A stretch of 64,000 nucleotides of DNA, taken from assembly GCA_963745235.1 (NCBI GenBank), contig CAVUXE010000009.1:1-64000 (forward strand), read 5' to 3'. Origin of the DNA: an uncultured Spirochaetota bacterium (GTDB lineage: Bacteria > Spirochaetota > Spirochaetia > SZUA-6 > Fen-1364). How positions within the stretch are numbered: the stretch's first letter is position 1; each line of letters begins with the position of its first letter. Below, in pieces: positions 1 through 8,025 of the stretch. A model generated the notes under the pieces. That model ran no database searches. It was given only the letters and a program-made list of their open reading frames with translations, and was not told where the DNA came from. The translations under genes and the position numbers were made by a program.

Positions 1-686
1 ACCATTCTCGTAAACTTCTTGTCCGTTCTCATAATCCCAACCTTCTTGACTGTGAATGCAATTCTCGCTCGGCCCTGCATCGAATAAGAAAACCCCACAA
101 CACAATTTGCAGAGCATGTCATGGGGCTTCGGTTGGAATACGAGAAAGAAACTGGCTCTGCTACACTTTCTGCCTTATTCCACGATTAGTTAGTCGCTTT
201 AGGATTTCGCCCTTCAGCAACCAGCTACTATACAATAGCGGTCTCCCTCGCATAATTCTACTCAAGTTCGAAGATTTCTTGTGGCGCAATCCAAAAGTGT
301 CATGAATGGCATCTTTGAAAGGGTCATTTGTGACACTATTATAAGAGAGGAGAATTAGATACTAAGTAGAATTACAATATAGGGGCTGAGCCCCTTGAGT
401 GTAAGTCCAGGAACTTCTAAGACAAGAAGAACCATAACTCGTTACTGCCTTACCTATATCCATTCTACTACCTCTATAATCTCTTTGATCCAAAGAACGA
501 ATGGGGCGCAGCAACCCGCTTGTCCTCGCGTGTTCCATGGTTCGATAGTTATCAGTGTTGCCCGTTGATGCCTATTATTGTCTCTATCTCGCTGAGGAGA
601 GCGTTGCTTCTATAATAGAGAGCGTCTGCACGTCGGTTCATCGCACAGTGGTGCGTGCGGTCTGCCGCTGAAAACTCAGAGAGCCC

Positions 687-959
687 GTGTCGTTGTACGC
701 GCATCTGGAGCGTCCATTTACATCCCGTTATTCTTGCAACACATTTTGGAGGAGAGGAATTGTTAAATCTTGGCGTTGTGAGTGGAAGTTTTGGCAGGGC
801 CTCATATATATTGTAGCGGACAACGAAATAGTTGCAAAGCTGCCTGATCCAAGAAGCGCTGGATCTGAATCGCACGACGAAAGCTCCTTCACTTTTCACG
901 AAGAGACAGCACGCATAGAAAAGCGGAGCGTTGCTTCGCATAGGGATATTCCACAATAG
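687..959 (+). CDS. Hypothetical protein (90 aa)
   Basis: ORF track; co-oriented with downstream island ORFs and stops 11 nt before the next start; no recognisable motif. Confidence 0.35.
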   Translation: MSLYAHLERPFTSRYSCNTFWRRGIVKSWRCEWKFWQGLIYIVADNEIVAKLPDPRSAGSESHDESSFTFHEETARIEKRSVASHRDIPQ

Positions 960-970
960 GGGGCAAAACT

Positions 971-1150
971 ATGCCTATCATCAAGAGCGAATCCATTCTT
1001 GGCTATTTTCAGGATGGTCAGATCATTTGTGCGGAATGTGCAACGGGCGACGATTCGGAACTCACGCTTGACGACCTGATCACCGAAGACTCGATCGAGA
1101 GCACTAATGAGTTGTACTTCTGTGACACCTGTAGACGCAAGTTGAACTGA
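971..1150 (+). CDS. Small acidic zinc-binding protein (59 aa, CxxC...CxxC), absent from ORF track
   Basis: Manual translation MPIIKSESILGYFQDGQIICAECATGDDSELTLDDLITEDSIESTNELYFCDTCRRKLN; AGGGGG RBS-like element upstream. Confidence 0.7.
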   Translation: MPIIKSESILGYFQDGQIICAECATGDDSELTLDDLITEDSIESTNELYFCDTCRRKLN

Positions 1151-1246
1151 TCGTTGATCGGGGAGCCGTTGGCTTCTACATGAAAAGTGCTGAGTTAATT
1201 CTCTGCTTGCAGGGCACCATAAATAATCTGCTAAAGGAGTTCTAAA

Positions 1247-1621
1247 ATGAATGAGGAAATCACCGACGACGAGTTTGACGAACTGAGAGATAGCAATCCG
1301 CAGAATCAGCTTGTGGATATTCTCGCCCGTGAAATGGCGGAATCAATCGTGGCTGTGTTTCGGGCTGTCGCTTCACGCGCTGTTGACAACAGTGAGCGTG
1401 TGGATTGGAGCTTTATTGAAAAGGCAGCTGAATACTATTTGGCAAAGGAATGCTGCTTGGAGCATCATTTCGTCGCAATCTACTTTGATTCTTTGCGCTG
1501 CAAAAAGGAACGCGTTGAGATGGAAGAGAATGCTGAGGAGGATGCAGAGGACACTCGATCTGACACGGATGAAGAGAGGGACGTTGAAGGCCGTGAGCAG
1601 AATGGACTCATTACGTTCTGA
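1247..1621 (+). CDS. Acidic hypothetical protein (124 aa)
   Basis: AAAGGAG RBS upstream of ATG; D/E-rich C-terminus. Confidence 0.65.
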   Translation: MNEEITDDEFDELRDSNPQNQLVDILAREMAESIVAVFRAVASRAVDNSERVDWSFIEKAAEYYLAKECCLEHHFVAIYFDSLRCKKERVEMEENAEEDAEDTRSDTDEERDVEGREQNGLITF

Positions 1622-1767
1622 TCTGGCCTACCGCTCATCGAAAGCAAGGAAGGCGAAAGATTCGGATATCCTCTCTTCAGCGTGTCCAGACTCTTTGAAC
1701 TTTGAAGGGCCAGGATTCTTGAAGAACCCTGGCTATGGCCAAACAATCCATGGAAAAAGGAAATGGT

Positions 1768-2127
1768 ATGGCAAAGGTTCGTGTGTATTCACCTGAGAGC
1801 CACCTGTTCGCCGTTGAACAGTTCTGCAAGCTTGTAGGCTGCTCGTTCACAATTGGAGAACGCTACTCCTGGCCTGGGACGGACAGACAGTCATACTGCG
1901 TCTATCTCATGGTACTGACGAAGGATCAAGCGAAGCGGGTGCGGGAACTCTTCAAGCCCTTGTACCCTACAGATAACCTTTCCACTTTGGTCAAAGGGGT
2001 CGTCGACGGTTACAAGGCATCCATTGATCTCGACGTGGCTGGCATGACAACCCCGACGAGCGGAGCTATTCAAGCGGGACGGAAGTTGAGGGAGCTTATT
2101 GCCGCTTCTTTGCCGCTGCCTTCTTGA
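1768..2127 (+). CDS. Hypothetical protein (start uncertain: 1735/1750/1768)
   Basis: ORF track 1735..2127; AAGGA upstream of ATG 1768. Confidence 0.55.
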   Translation: MAKVRVYSPESHLFAVEQFCKLVGCSFTIGERYSWPGTDRQSYCVYLMVLTKDQAKRVRELFKPLYPTDNLSTLVKGVVDGYKASIDLDVAGMTTPTSGAIQAGRKLRELIAASLPLPS

Positions 2128-2510
2128 TTCCAATTTCGGCCTTGCATGGGTCTCGGCCGCATGGGTGGGCTGGTAGAGGCTCAAGTCCCCGCTCCCATGG
2201 CGTCACACAGCAAATAGAACTCGTGGACGTTGTTCTTGCTGGAAGGATGAACCGCGCGGCCTCCGAGGGTGGTAGTAGGAACGTCACGAAAAGACTCCCG
2301 ATCCCTTTCAGGACGTGCTGTATATTATGGAGTGACTGCCTCTGATGGTGATCGAATCCTCCAAGGCAGTTGTCATCGCGGCCTCTTCATGCCCAAACCC
2401 ATGCTCTTCTATTTGACAACGTTTGTTCTCCCGCAAGAAAGTTTTCTTCACGATGAGCAACCGTGGAAAGTCCAAAGCAATTTCTATATTAGAGGTAGGA
2501 GGTACCACAA

Positions 2511-3155
2511 ATGGAATATTCAAAATTGCAGTTTATCATCGACAGCGCTCCCACTGATCTCATCGTGTTGAAGGTGGCGACCAACGGCCTTGTCAGGAAG
2601 GGAAGGCCGATCCCGAGTGTCGTCGGTGTCTCGGCCACGAGGTACAGACTGTCTTCCGATTCCATCCTTTCACCGTCAGCGGCCTATGAGCGATTTTACT
2701 TCCCCGCAGAGCCATACGATGCATCCGCGACTGCAAGGCACGGACTGGACGAGCAAGCGCTGTCCGCCAAGCGCGATGGCTGCACCTATCCACCCCAATT
2801 CAAAGACGATGAGGATTCGCTTTCGGACTTCTGCCAGGGCGTCACCAATTTCGTGGGCTACGGGATTACTACTTTTGAATCCCTGTTCCTGCCGTGGTTA
2901 AGGAACCCTGCGTACACCGTGATTGACCTCATGGTTGACAACGCGGCCATCGTGAGGGCTGGTGTCAGTGAATACTCGGGTACTTGGAGGTATCCGACGC
3001 TCTTAGAGACTTCAAGGCATTACCACATTCATATGGCACAGGAAAGCACCCGTTCGAACATGTACAGCGTGCGCCTCATCGCGTTGATCTTCAGGGAGAT
3101 GGTTGGAAGGACAGTCGCAGCGGCTCGCATCAAGCAGAAAGCGGTTACGGACTGA
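2511..3155 (+). CDS. DnaQ/DEDDh 3'-5' exonuclease-like protein with degenerate active site
   Basis: LIVLKVATNGL (ExoI-like), ERFYFP...ATARHGL, NFVGYGITTFE (ExoII-like), IDLM, YPTLLE...RSNMYSV (ExoIII-like); strong AGGAGG RBS. Confidence 0.75.
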   Translation: MEYSKLQFIIDSAPTDLIVLKVATNGLVRKGRPIPSVVGVSATRYRLSSDSILSPSAAYERFYFPAEPYDASATARHGLDEQALSAKRDGCTYPPQFKDDEDSLSDFCQGVTNFVGYGITTFESLFLPWLRNPAYTVIDLMVDNAAIVRAGVSEYSGTWRYPTLLETSRHYHIHMAQESTRSNMYSVRLIALIFREMVGRTVAAARIKQKAVTD

Positions 3156-3486
3156 GTAGACGACCTTTCCACGAGGGAGCTAATTGCTTCCACGCCGCTA
3201 CATTCTTATTCCTATTGGATGTTTAAGAATGGCCCACATTTGAGATTTCTACAGATTGTCATAGAGTTTCTTCCAGCTTTCTATTATACTCTTGGTAGGA
3301 GACAACAAGAGGTAGTCAGCCTCTTCTCCAGGTGCGAGTGGTTTTCCTTTGTACGCACCTAAAAGATGCTCAGCTAAAGGAGCCCTACCCTGTCAATTCA
3401 TCGAATGATCCGCAAAATAGAAGCCGCCCCTACCCGCATGGCTTTCCTTTTCGAGTTGCCGCCCAGGTCAGCCTCTGACTTCCAAT

Positions 3487-4680
3487 ATGAAACAGAGGCA
3501 GAACTTTTCCCTATACAAGCGGAAGGTTAAGTCAGGGACGGTCTTCTACTTTCGAACCTACAGCCCTGACGGAAGACGTACCGCTGGTCGGAGCACTGGC
3601 AAAGAAACAAAGGCCGCTGCACGAACATATGTAGAGAACCTTTTGAGGAAAGGCTCTCTGCTCACAAAAGGTGATCTCACCTTCGGCAACTTCGCTGCGA
3701 ATTGGTTTCTGTGGGACAAGTGCCTCTATGTCAAAGAGCGCAGAGAAGGGAGAGGGATCGGCAGAACCTACGTCGAAGGTCAAAGAAGCTACTTGGAAAA
3801 CCATATCCTTTCTACTTTCAAGAATTGTCGACTTTCAAACATCGGCAAGGAGATGATTCTTCGCTGGCTTCATAAGCTTCCTGAAGAGGCCAGTAGAATG
3901 GGGAGACCCTTATCTAAGACAACCGCCAACCACTGTCTTCGTATCTTGAAACTCATCCTCAAGGAAGCGGAGGAACAGGGATATATCCATCGAAGCCCTG
4001 CTCAAAACATCAGTAGGTTGAGGAGGGAGTCGCGCAAACGCACACTCCTCACCATCGAGGAAGTTCAGACACTCTTCGCTGAAAAGACCATGCCGACGAT
4101 TTGGGGCGGAAACGAAACTCACTACACGATCAGCTTGTTGGCAGCAACAACAGGAATGCGGCTCGGGGAACTTCAGGCTCTTCAGTTTGGTGACGTTCGG
4201 GAAACGTATATCGACGTTATCCATTCGTGGGAGCGGAAGTTTGGGATCAAGAGCACTAAGACAAACGAGCCGCGCTTTGTGATTACCTTCAGCCGCACAG
4301 AGAAGTGGCTCAAGTCACTTATCGATGAGAGCACCAACAAGGACGAACATGCTTTCGTCTTTCCAAGTCAGGAGAATCCACGCGCTCCAATCACCCATAA
4401 GTCAATTGTCAAACAATTCTATTCATCCTTGGAGAAGATTGGAGTAACTGAAGCGATCAGGAAAGACCGCGCAATAACCTTTCATGGGTGGCGGCACTTC
4501 TTTATCTCAACGATGAGAAATCGATTGCCAGATTGGAAGCTGCGTATCCTTACAGGGCACAAGTCGTCAGAAATGACGGATCATTATACCACCTTGATCC
4601 CGAAAGACTTTGACGATGTAAGAGACATTCTGGAAGGGTTGTTTGGATTAGATGTGGGGAAGGTAAGCGATGGGAAATGA
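3487..4680 (+). CDS. int: Tyrosine recombinase/integrase
   Basis: Catalytic set intact: GMRLGE (R), STKT (K), FHGWRH (HxxR), LTGH (H), MTDHY (Y); N-terminal arm-binding-like domain. Confidence 0.95.
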   Translation: MKQRQNFSLYKRKVKSGTVFYFRTYSPDGRRTAGRSTGKETKAAARTYVENLLRKGSLLTKGDLTFGNFAANWFLWDKCLYVKERREGRGIGRTYVEGQRSYLENHILSTFKNCRLSNIGKEMILRWLHKLPEEASRMGRPLSKTTANHCLRILKLILKEAEEQGYIHRSPAQNISRLRRESRKRTLLTIEEVQTLFAEKTMPTIWGGNETHYTISLLAATTGMRLGELQALQFGDVRETYIDVIHSWERKFGIKSTKTNEPRFVITFSRTEKWLKSLIDESTNKDEHAFVFPSQENPRAPITHKSIVKQFYSSLEKIGVTEAIRKDRAITFHGWRHFFISTMRNRLPDWKLRILTGHKSSEMTDHYTTLIPKDFDDVRDILEGLFGLDVGKVSDGK

Positions 4681-4748
4681 TTTCCTATACGAGTGAACTG
4701 CGTTGCAGTTCCATCATGCTTTGCGGTTAGGAGGAGAGGTACATAGAT

Positions 4749-4931
4749 ATGGATCATTTGTTAACGGTTGTTGAGTTGTGCGATTACCTTCGGTGTCCAA
4801 AGTCGACAGTCTACAAAATGACATGCGCGAAGAAGATTCCCTACACCAAGGTCGGCGGCGTCTTGAGGTTTTACAGGGAAAAGATCGACAAGTGGCTTGA
4901 GGAAACGTCATTCGATCCTATTGCAAGCTGA
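4749..4931 (+). CDS. Excisionase-family helix-turn-helix DNA-binding protein
   Basis: LLTVVELCDYLRCPKSTVYKM...IPYTKVGGVLRFYREKIDKWL is a typical HTH_17/Xis pattern; AGGAGG RBS. Confidence 0.9.
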   Translation: MDHLLTVVELCDYLRCPKSTVYKMTCAKKIPYTKVGGVLRFYREKIDKWLEETSFDPIAS

Positions 4932-4983
4932 TTGATCCTACCCGCTTGAAGTTCAGGGTTCAAGAACTCTAACAGTCCTATTG

Positions 4984-5012
4984 TTGACAACCAATTTTGG
5001 AGTAGGTAATCT
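4984..5012 (+). promoter_or_regulatory. Putative sigma70 promoter of the TIR gene
   Basis: TTGACA (4984-4989), 17-nt spacer, TAATCT (5007-5012). Confidence 0.6.
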
Positions 5013-5054
5013 GCTTGGGGTGGACGACCAAGGTATCGTTCGCTTTGAGTACGA

Positions 5055-6272
5055 GTGAACCCCAAAGTCTTTATCTCCTATTCGCACGACTCGGAAGAAT
5101 ACAAAGCTTGGGTGAAGTCGTTTGCTGACCGCTTGATTTCCGATGGGATCAACGCGATTCTGGATCAGTACGATCTTGCGCTTGGCGACATGATACCCCA
5201 TTTTATGGAAAAGGGTATCTCCGAAAGCGATCTCGTTCTCATCTTGGTGACAAAGCAATTCTCAAGAAAGGCGGACGAACGGAAGGGTGGCGTTGGGTTT
5301 GAGACAGACCTGACTACAGGCGAAATCTTTCTGGGGGAGGACAGACGAAAGTTCATTCCGATACTGATTGGCATCCAATTCGCTGAAGCTCCCAGATTTC
5401 TCAAAGGGAAGTACGGCATCCGCATTGCAAATCCCTTTTCTTACGATTCGGAATACGAAGCGATCTATCGTAGGCTGAAAGACCAGCAGCACAAGAAGCC
5501 TGACCTTGGAAGTTTACGAGAATCCAAGGACAGCGTTGGCTATGATCCTCCATTCGATATCTCGGCACTCAGGAAGAGGAAAGACATCCCGCAATACTGT
5601 TCCTGGGACATTTGGATGGAGCTAAGAAGCCTTGCTGACGTTTCTACCAGCGAATTGTTCAGGCGACTTCAAACCCAAGTTCGGATTATGAGCCACCCAT
5701 CAGGATACAAGGAGTACAACCCCAGCATCTTCGATCCAGGAAACCGAAAGACTACGACCCCGCAGGTACTCTTTGAGTCTCAGGATTGTTCGCACCACAC
5801 AAACCAAATGGAGTTCGAGAAGCTGGAAATAGATCAATCCCTGCTGAGGTACTCCTTCATCTACTTCAATCAGAATCAACCAGGGTTTCATCCGATCGAC
5901 TTCCAGAGAGCAGAAGAGACGCTTCTGCAATTGCTGGTGATGCTAATGAGAGTCCACGTTCAAATGAACAGAAATCCAGAAATCCTGTTCACGAATCACG
6001 TGGAATCCTCCTTCGACGCAGAGTTCTTACCGACAGATCGTCCCTTCAAGCTAAACCAAAACCATTTTGAGTGGCATATGCATCCAGCGGGTAGAACCAC
6101 AACTGAATACACTGTCCGCAGATTCGACATGATTGAGGAGATTGAAAACTACTTCAACAGCATCCTTGAGACGTTCATTTCAAAGTCAAAGGCTTCCGAC
6201 AAACCTTTCTTAGCGGTTGATCACGAGAGTTTCAAGGCTTTCTATCGGGAGACAGTGGAGTCCTTCGCATGA
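5055..6272 (+). CDS. TIR/SEFIR domain protein with uncharacterised C-terminal domain (putative anti-phage effector)
   Basis: PKVFISYSHDSEEYKAWV...DGINAILDQYDL..GD....FME..I..SD.VL....KGGVGFE...KFIPIL. Confidence 0.88.
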   Translation: MNPKVFISYSHDSEEYKAWVKSFADRLISDGINAILDQYDLALGDMIPHFMEKGISESDLVLILVTKQFSRKADERKGGVGFETDLTTGEIFLGEDRRKFIPILIGIQFAEAPRFLKGKYGIRIANPFSYDSEYEAIYRRLKDQQHKKPDLGSLRESKDSVGYDPPFDISALRKRKDIPQYCSWDIWMELRSLADVSTSELFRRLQTQVRIMSHPSGYKEYNPSIFDPGNRKTTTPQVLFESQDCSHHTNQMEFEKLEIDQSLLRYSFIYFNQNQPGFHPIDFQRAEETLLQLLVMLMRVHVQMNRNPEILFTNHVESSFDAEFLPTDRPFKLNQNHFEWHMHPAGRTTTEYTVRRFDMIEEIENYFNSILETFISKSKASDKPFLAVDHESFKAFYRETVESFA

Positions 6273-6379
6273 AGATGGCTCTGTTTGGAATCATATTGGC
6301 TACACTTCTGGCTACAGTAGAGCAAAAAATGGAAGTTCTAAGGGGTATGCTTCTAATTATCTATAATACAATGAATTAC

Positions 6380-6464
6380 TGCCCGGAAGAGGACTTGAAC
6401 CTCCACACCATTGCTGGCACTAGACCCTGAATCTAGCGTGTCTACCAAATTCCACCATCCGGGC
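6380..6464 (-). tRNA. tRNA-Leu(CAG)
   Basis: Reverse complement GCCCGGATGGTGGAATTTGGTAGACACGCTAGATTCAGGGTCTAGTGCCAGCAATGGTGTGGAGGTTCAAGTCCTCTTCCGGGCA; anticodon CAG, long variable arm; CCA not encoded. Confidence 0.97.
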
Positions 6465-6530
6465 TCGCGGCAAACGTAGCAACAATCGCCTAAACTTGTC
6501 AAGGTTGACGCTGATCGCTATCCTGTCCAG

Positions 6531-7370
6531 ATGGCTGACATCCGCGTCCTCTTTATCGGTGAGATCGTGGGGAAGTCCGGGGTCTGGTGCGTCAAGGAGT
6601 TGCTCCCCAAGCTGAAAAAGGAGCATGCCATCGACTTCGTGATTGCGGATGGCGAAGGCGCCACAGGCGGGTTCGGAATCGGGAAGAATCACGCAATCTA
6701 CCTCCACAAGCTCGGCATTGACGTCATCACGACCGGCGAGTGCAGCTACTACAAGAAAGACATCGTAGACCATTTCACCCGAGCCCCGTATCTTCTGAGG
6801 CCGGCCAACTACCCGCCCAAGAACCCGGGACGCGGGGTGATGGTCTACGAGTGCAACGGAAGGAAGCTGGCCGTCATGAGCCTGCTCGGGGTGGCAGGGT
6901 TCCGGCGGGTGCACCTGAAAAACCCGTACAGCCTGCTCCCCCGTCTCCTTGAAGGCATCGGCGCGGAGACCAACACCGTCATCCTGGACTACCACGCGGT
7001 GACGACGGCGGAAAAGGCCACCATGTTCGCGCTTGCGGACGGAAAGCTCTCCGCCATCGTGGGGACGCACACGAAAGCCATCACCGCAGACGAGCGGGTC
7101 CTGCCGGGAGGCACGGCTGTCATCACTGACGCGGGCCGCACGGGAAGCCTGGAGTCGGTGGCAGGGCTGGATCCGACAATCGAAATCCGAAAGCTTACGA
7201 CCCTGGTCCACGAGTACTCGAAGGAAGCCTGGGCCAGGCTCGAGCTCCAGGGAGTGATCATCCAGATCGATGACTCGGGCAAGGCGACGTCCATCACGCG
7301 GGTGCGCCAGACCTGCCCCCCGCCGCCGCCCAGCGCGGCGCAGGCGGAGGTTCCCGCGCAGGAGGATTGA
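6531..7370 (+). CDS. ymdB: YmdB/TIGR00282-family metallophosphoesterase
   Basis: LFIGEIVGKSG, LRPANYP, DYHAVTTAEK, VGTHTK..TADER.LPGGTA.ITDAG.TG motifs. Confidence 0.9.
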   Translation: MADIRVLFIGEIVGKSGVWCVKELLPKLKKEHAIDFVIADGEGATGGFGIGKNHAIYLHKLGIDVITTGECSYYKKDIVDHFTRAPYLLRPANYPPKNPGRGVMVYECNGRKLAVMSLLGVAGFRRVHLKNPYSLLPRLLEGIGAETNTVILDYHAVTTAEKATMFALADGKLSAIVGTHTKAITADERVLPGGTAVITDAGRTGSLESVAGLDPTIEIRKLTTLVHEYSKEAWARLELQGVIIQIDDSGKATSITRVRQTCPPPPPSAAQAEVPAQED

Positions 7371-7455
7371 AGGCCGCTTTCCGATCTGCTATCCGCCTGC
7401 CCCCGGCCTCAGTACCATTGGGGGTAGCAAGAATAGTCTCTTCGGGAGGTGCCCC

Positions 7456-8025
7456 ATGTTTATCGATTTTCTGACCCTGATGCTCACCAACCTTGTCGTC
7501 GCCCTCGTGCTATTTTCTCTTTTCATTGGCAGGCTGATCGACAAGGACCCAAAGAAGGTCGTTCCCGGCTTCCTGCTTGTCGGGTTCATAGCGCTGGTCA
7601 CTGGCTTTCGAATGATCTTCACGTGGCCTCTGCCGGGACCATACAATTTCCCGTACGGCGAGATGACCGTCTTATATGGTGGATTCTTCTTCATGGCGGG
7701 ACTCGCGATCGCCTTCGGATGGGACCTCATTACCATTGGGATCTACGCTTTCTTCTCAGGGATTGCGGCAGTGATCATCGGCGTTCGCATCCTGAACCTC
7801 GGTCTGACGAGTGAACCCCTCCTCGCTTCAGCAGGGTTCGTGCTCACGGGCCTCTCGTCCATCCTCACGCTGCCCGCCCTGTTTTTCAAGGAAGCGCGGG
7901 TGCTTCGGATCATCCTGGCAGTGCTCCTCCTGGTCTGCGCGGCCATCTGGGCATTCACCGGGTACGCGGCCTACTGGCAGCATTTCGACGCGTTTGCCAA
8001 GTGGACTCCGGCAACGATGAAGTAG
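7456..8025 (+). CDS. DUF981-like integral membrane protein
   Basis: MFIDFLTLML start, TWPLPGPYN..YGE motif, multiple TM helices; GGAGG RBS. Confidence 0.75.
   Translation: MFIDFLTLMLTNLVVALVLFSLFIGRLIDKDPKKVVPGFLLVGFIALVTGFRMIFTWPLPGPYNFPYGEMTVLYGGFFFMAGLAIAFGWDLITIGIYAFFSGIAAVIIGVRILNLGLTSEPLLASAGFVLTGLSSILTLPALFFKEARVLRIILAVLLLVCAAIWAFTGYAAYWQHFDAFAKWTPATMK

Larger units (their letters stand above)
1..6379. mobile_element. Right end of an integrative element/genomic island inserted at tRNA-Leu(CAG); other end lies outside the window
   Basis: Visibly lower GC than flanking DNA, tyrosine integrase, excisionase-like HTH, orphan ORFs and a TIR gene; composition changes abruptly at the 3' end of the tRNA. 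Confidence 0.85.

Noticed and set aside
552-956. 134-aa minus-strand ORF in the island
   Set aside because: Antisense to the co-oriented + strand gene string, with no RBS or recognisable motif.
2170-2200. GAGGCTCAAGTCCCC resembling the tRNA-Leu T-arm (possible second att site)
   Set aside because: Short, mismatched and inverted relative to the tRNA; a true att duplication should be a direct repeat, and low-GC island DNA continues to the left.
2320-2390. Stem GACTGCCT...AGGCAGTT upstream of the pseudo-exonuclease as a possible riboswitch
   Set aside because: No conserved motif of any riboswitch class I can recognise; a single stem is insufficient evidence.
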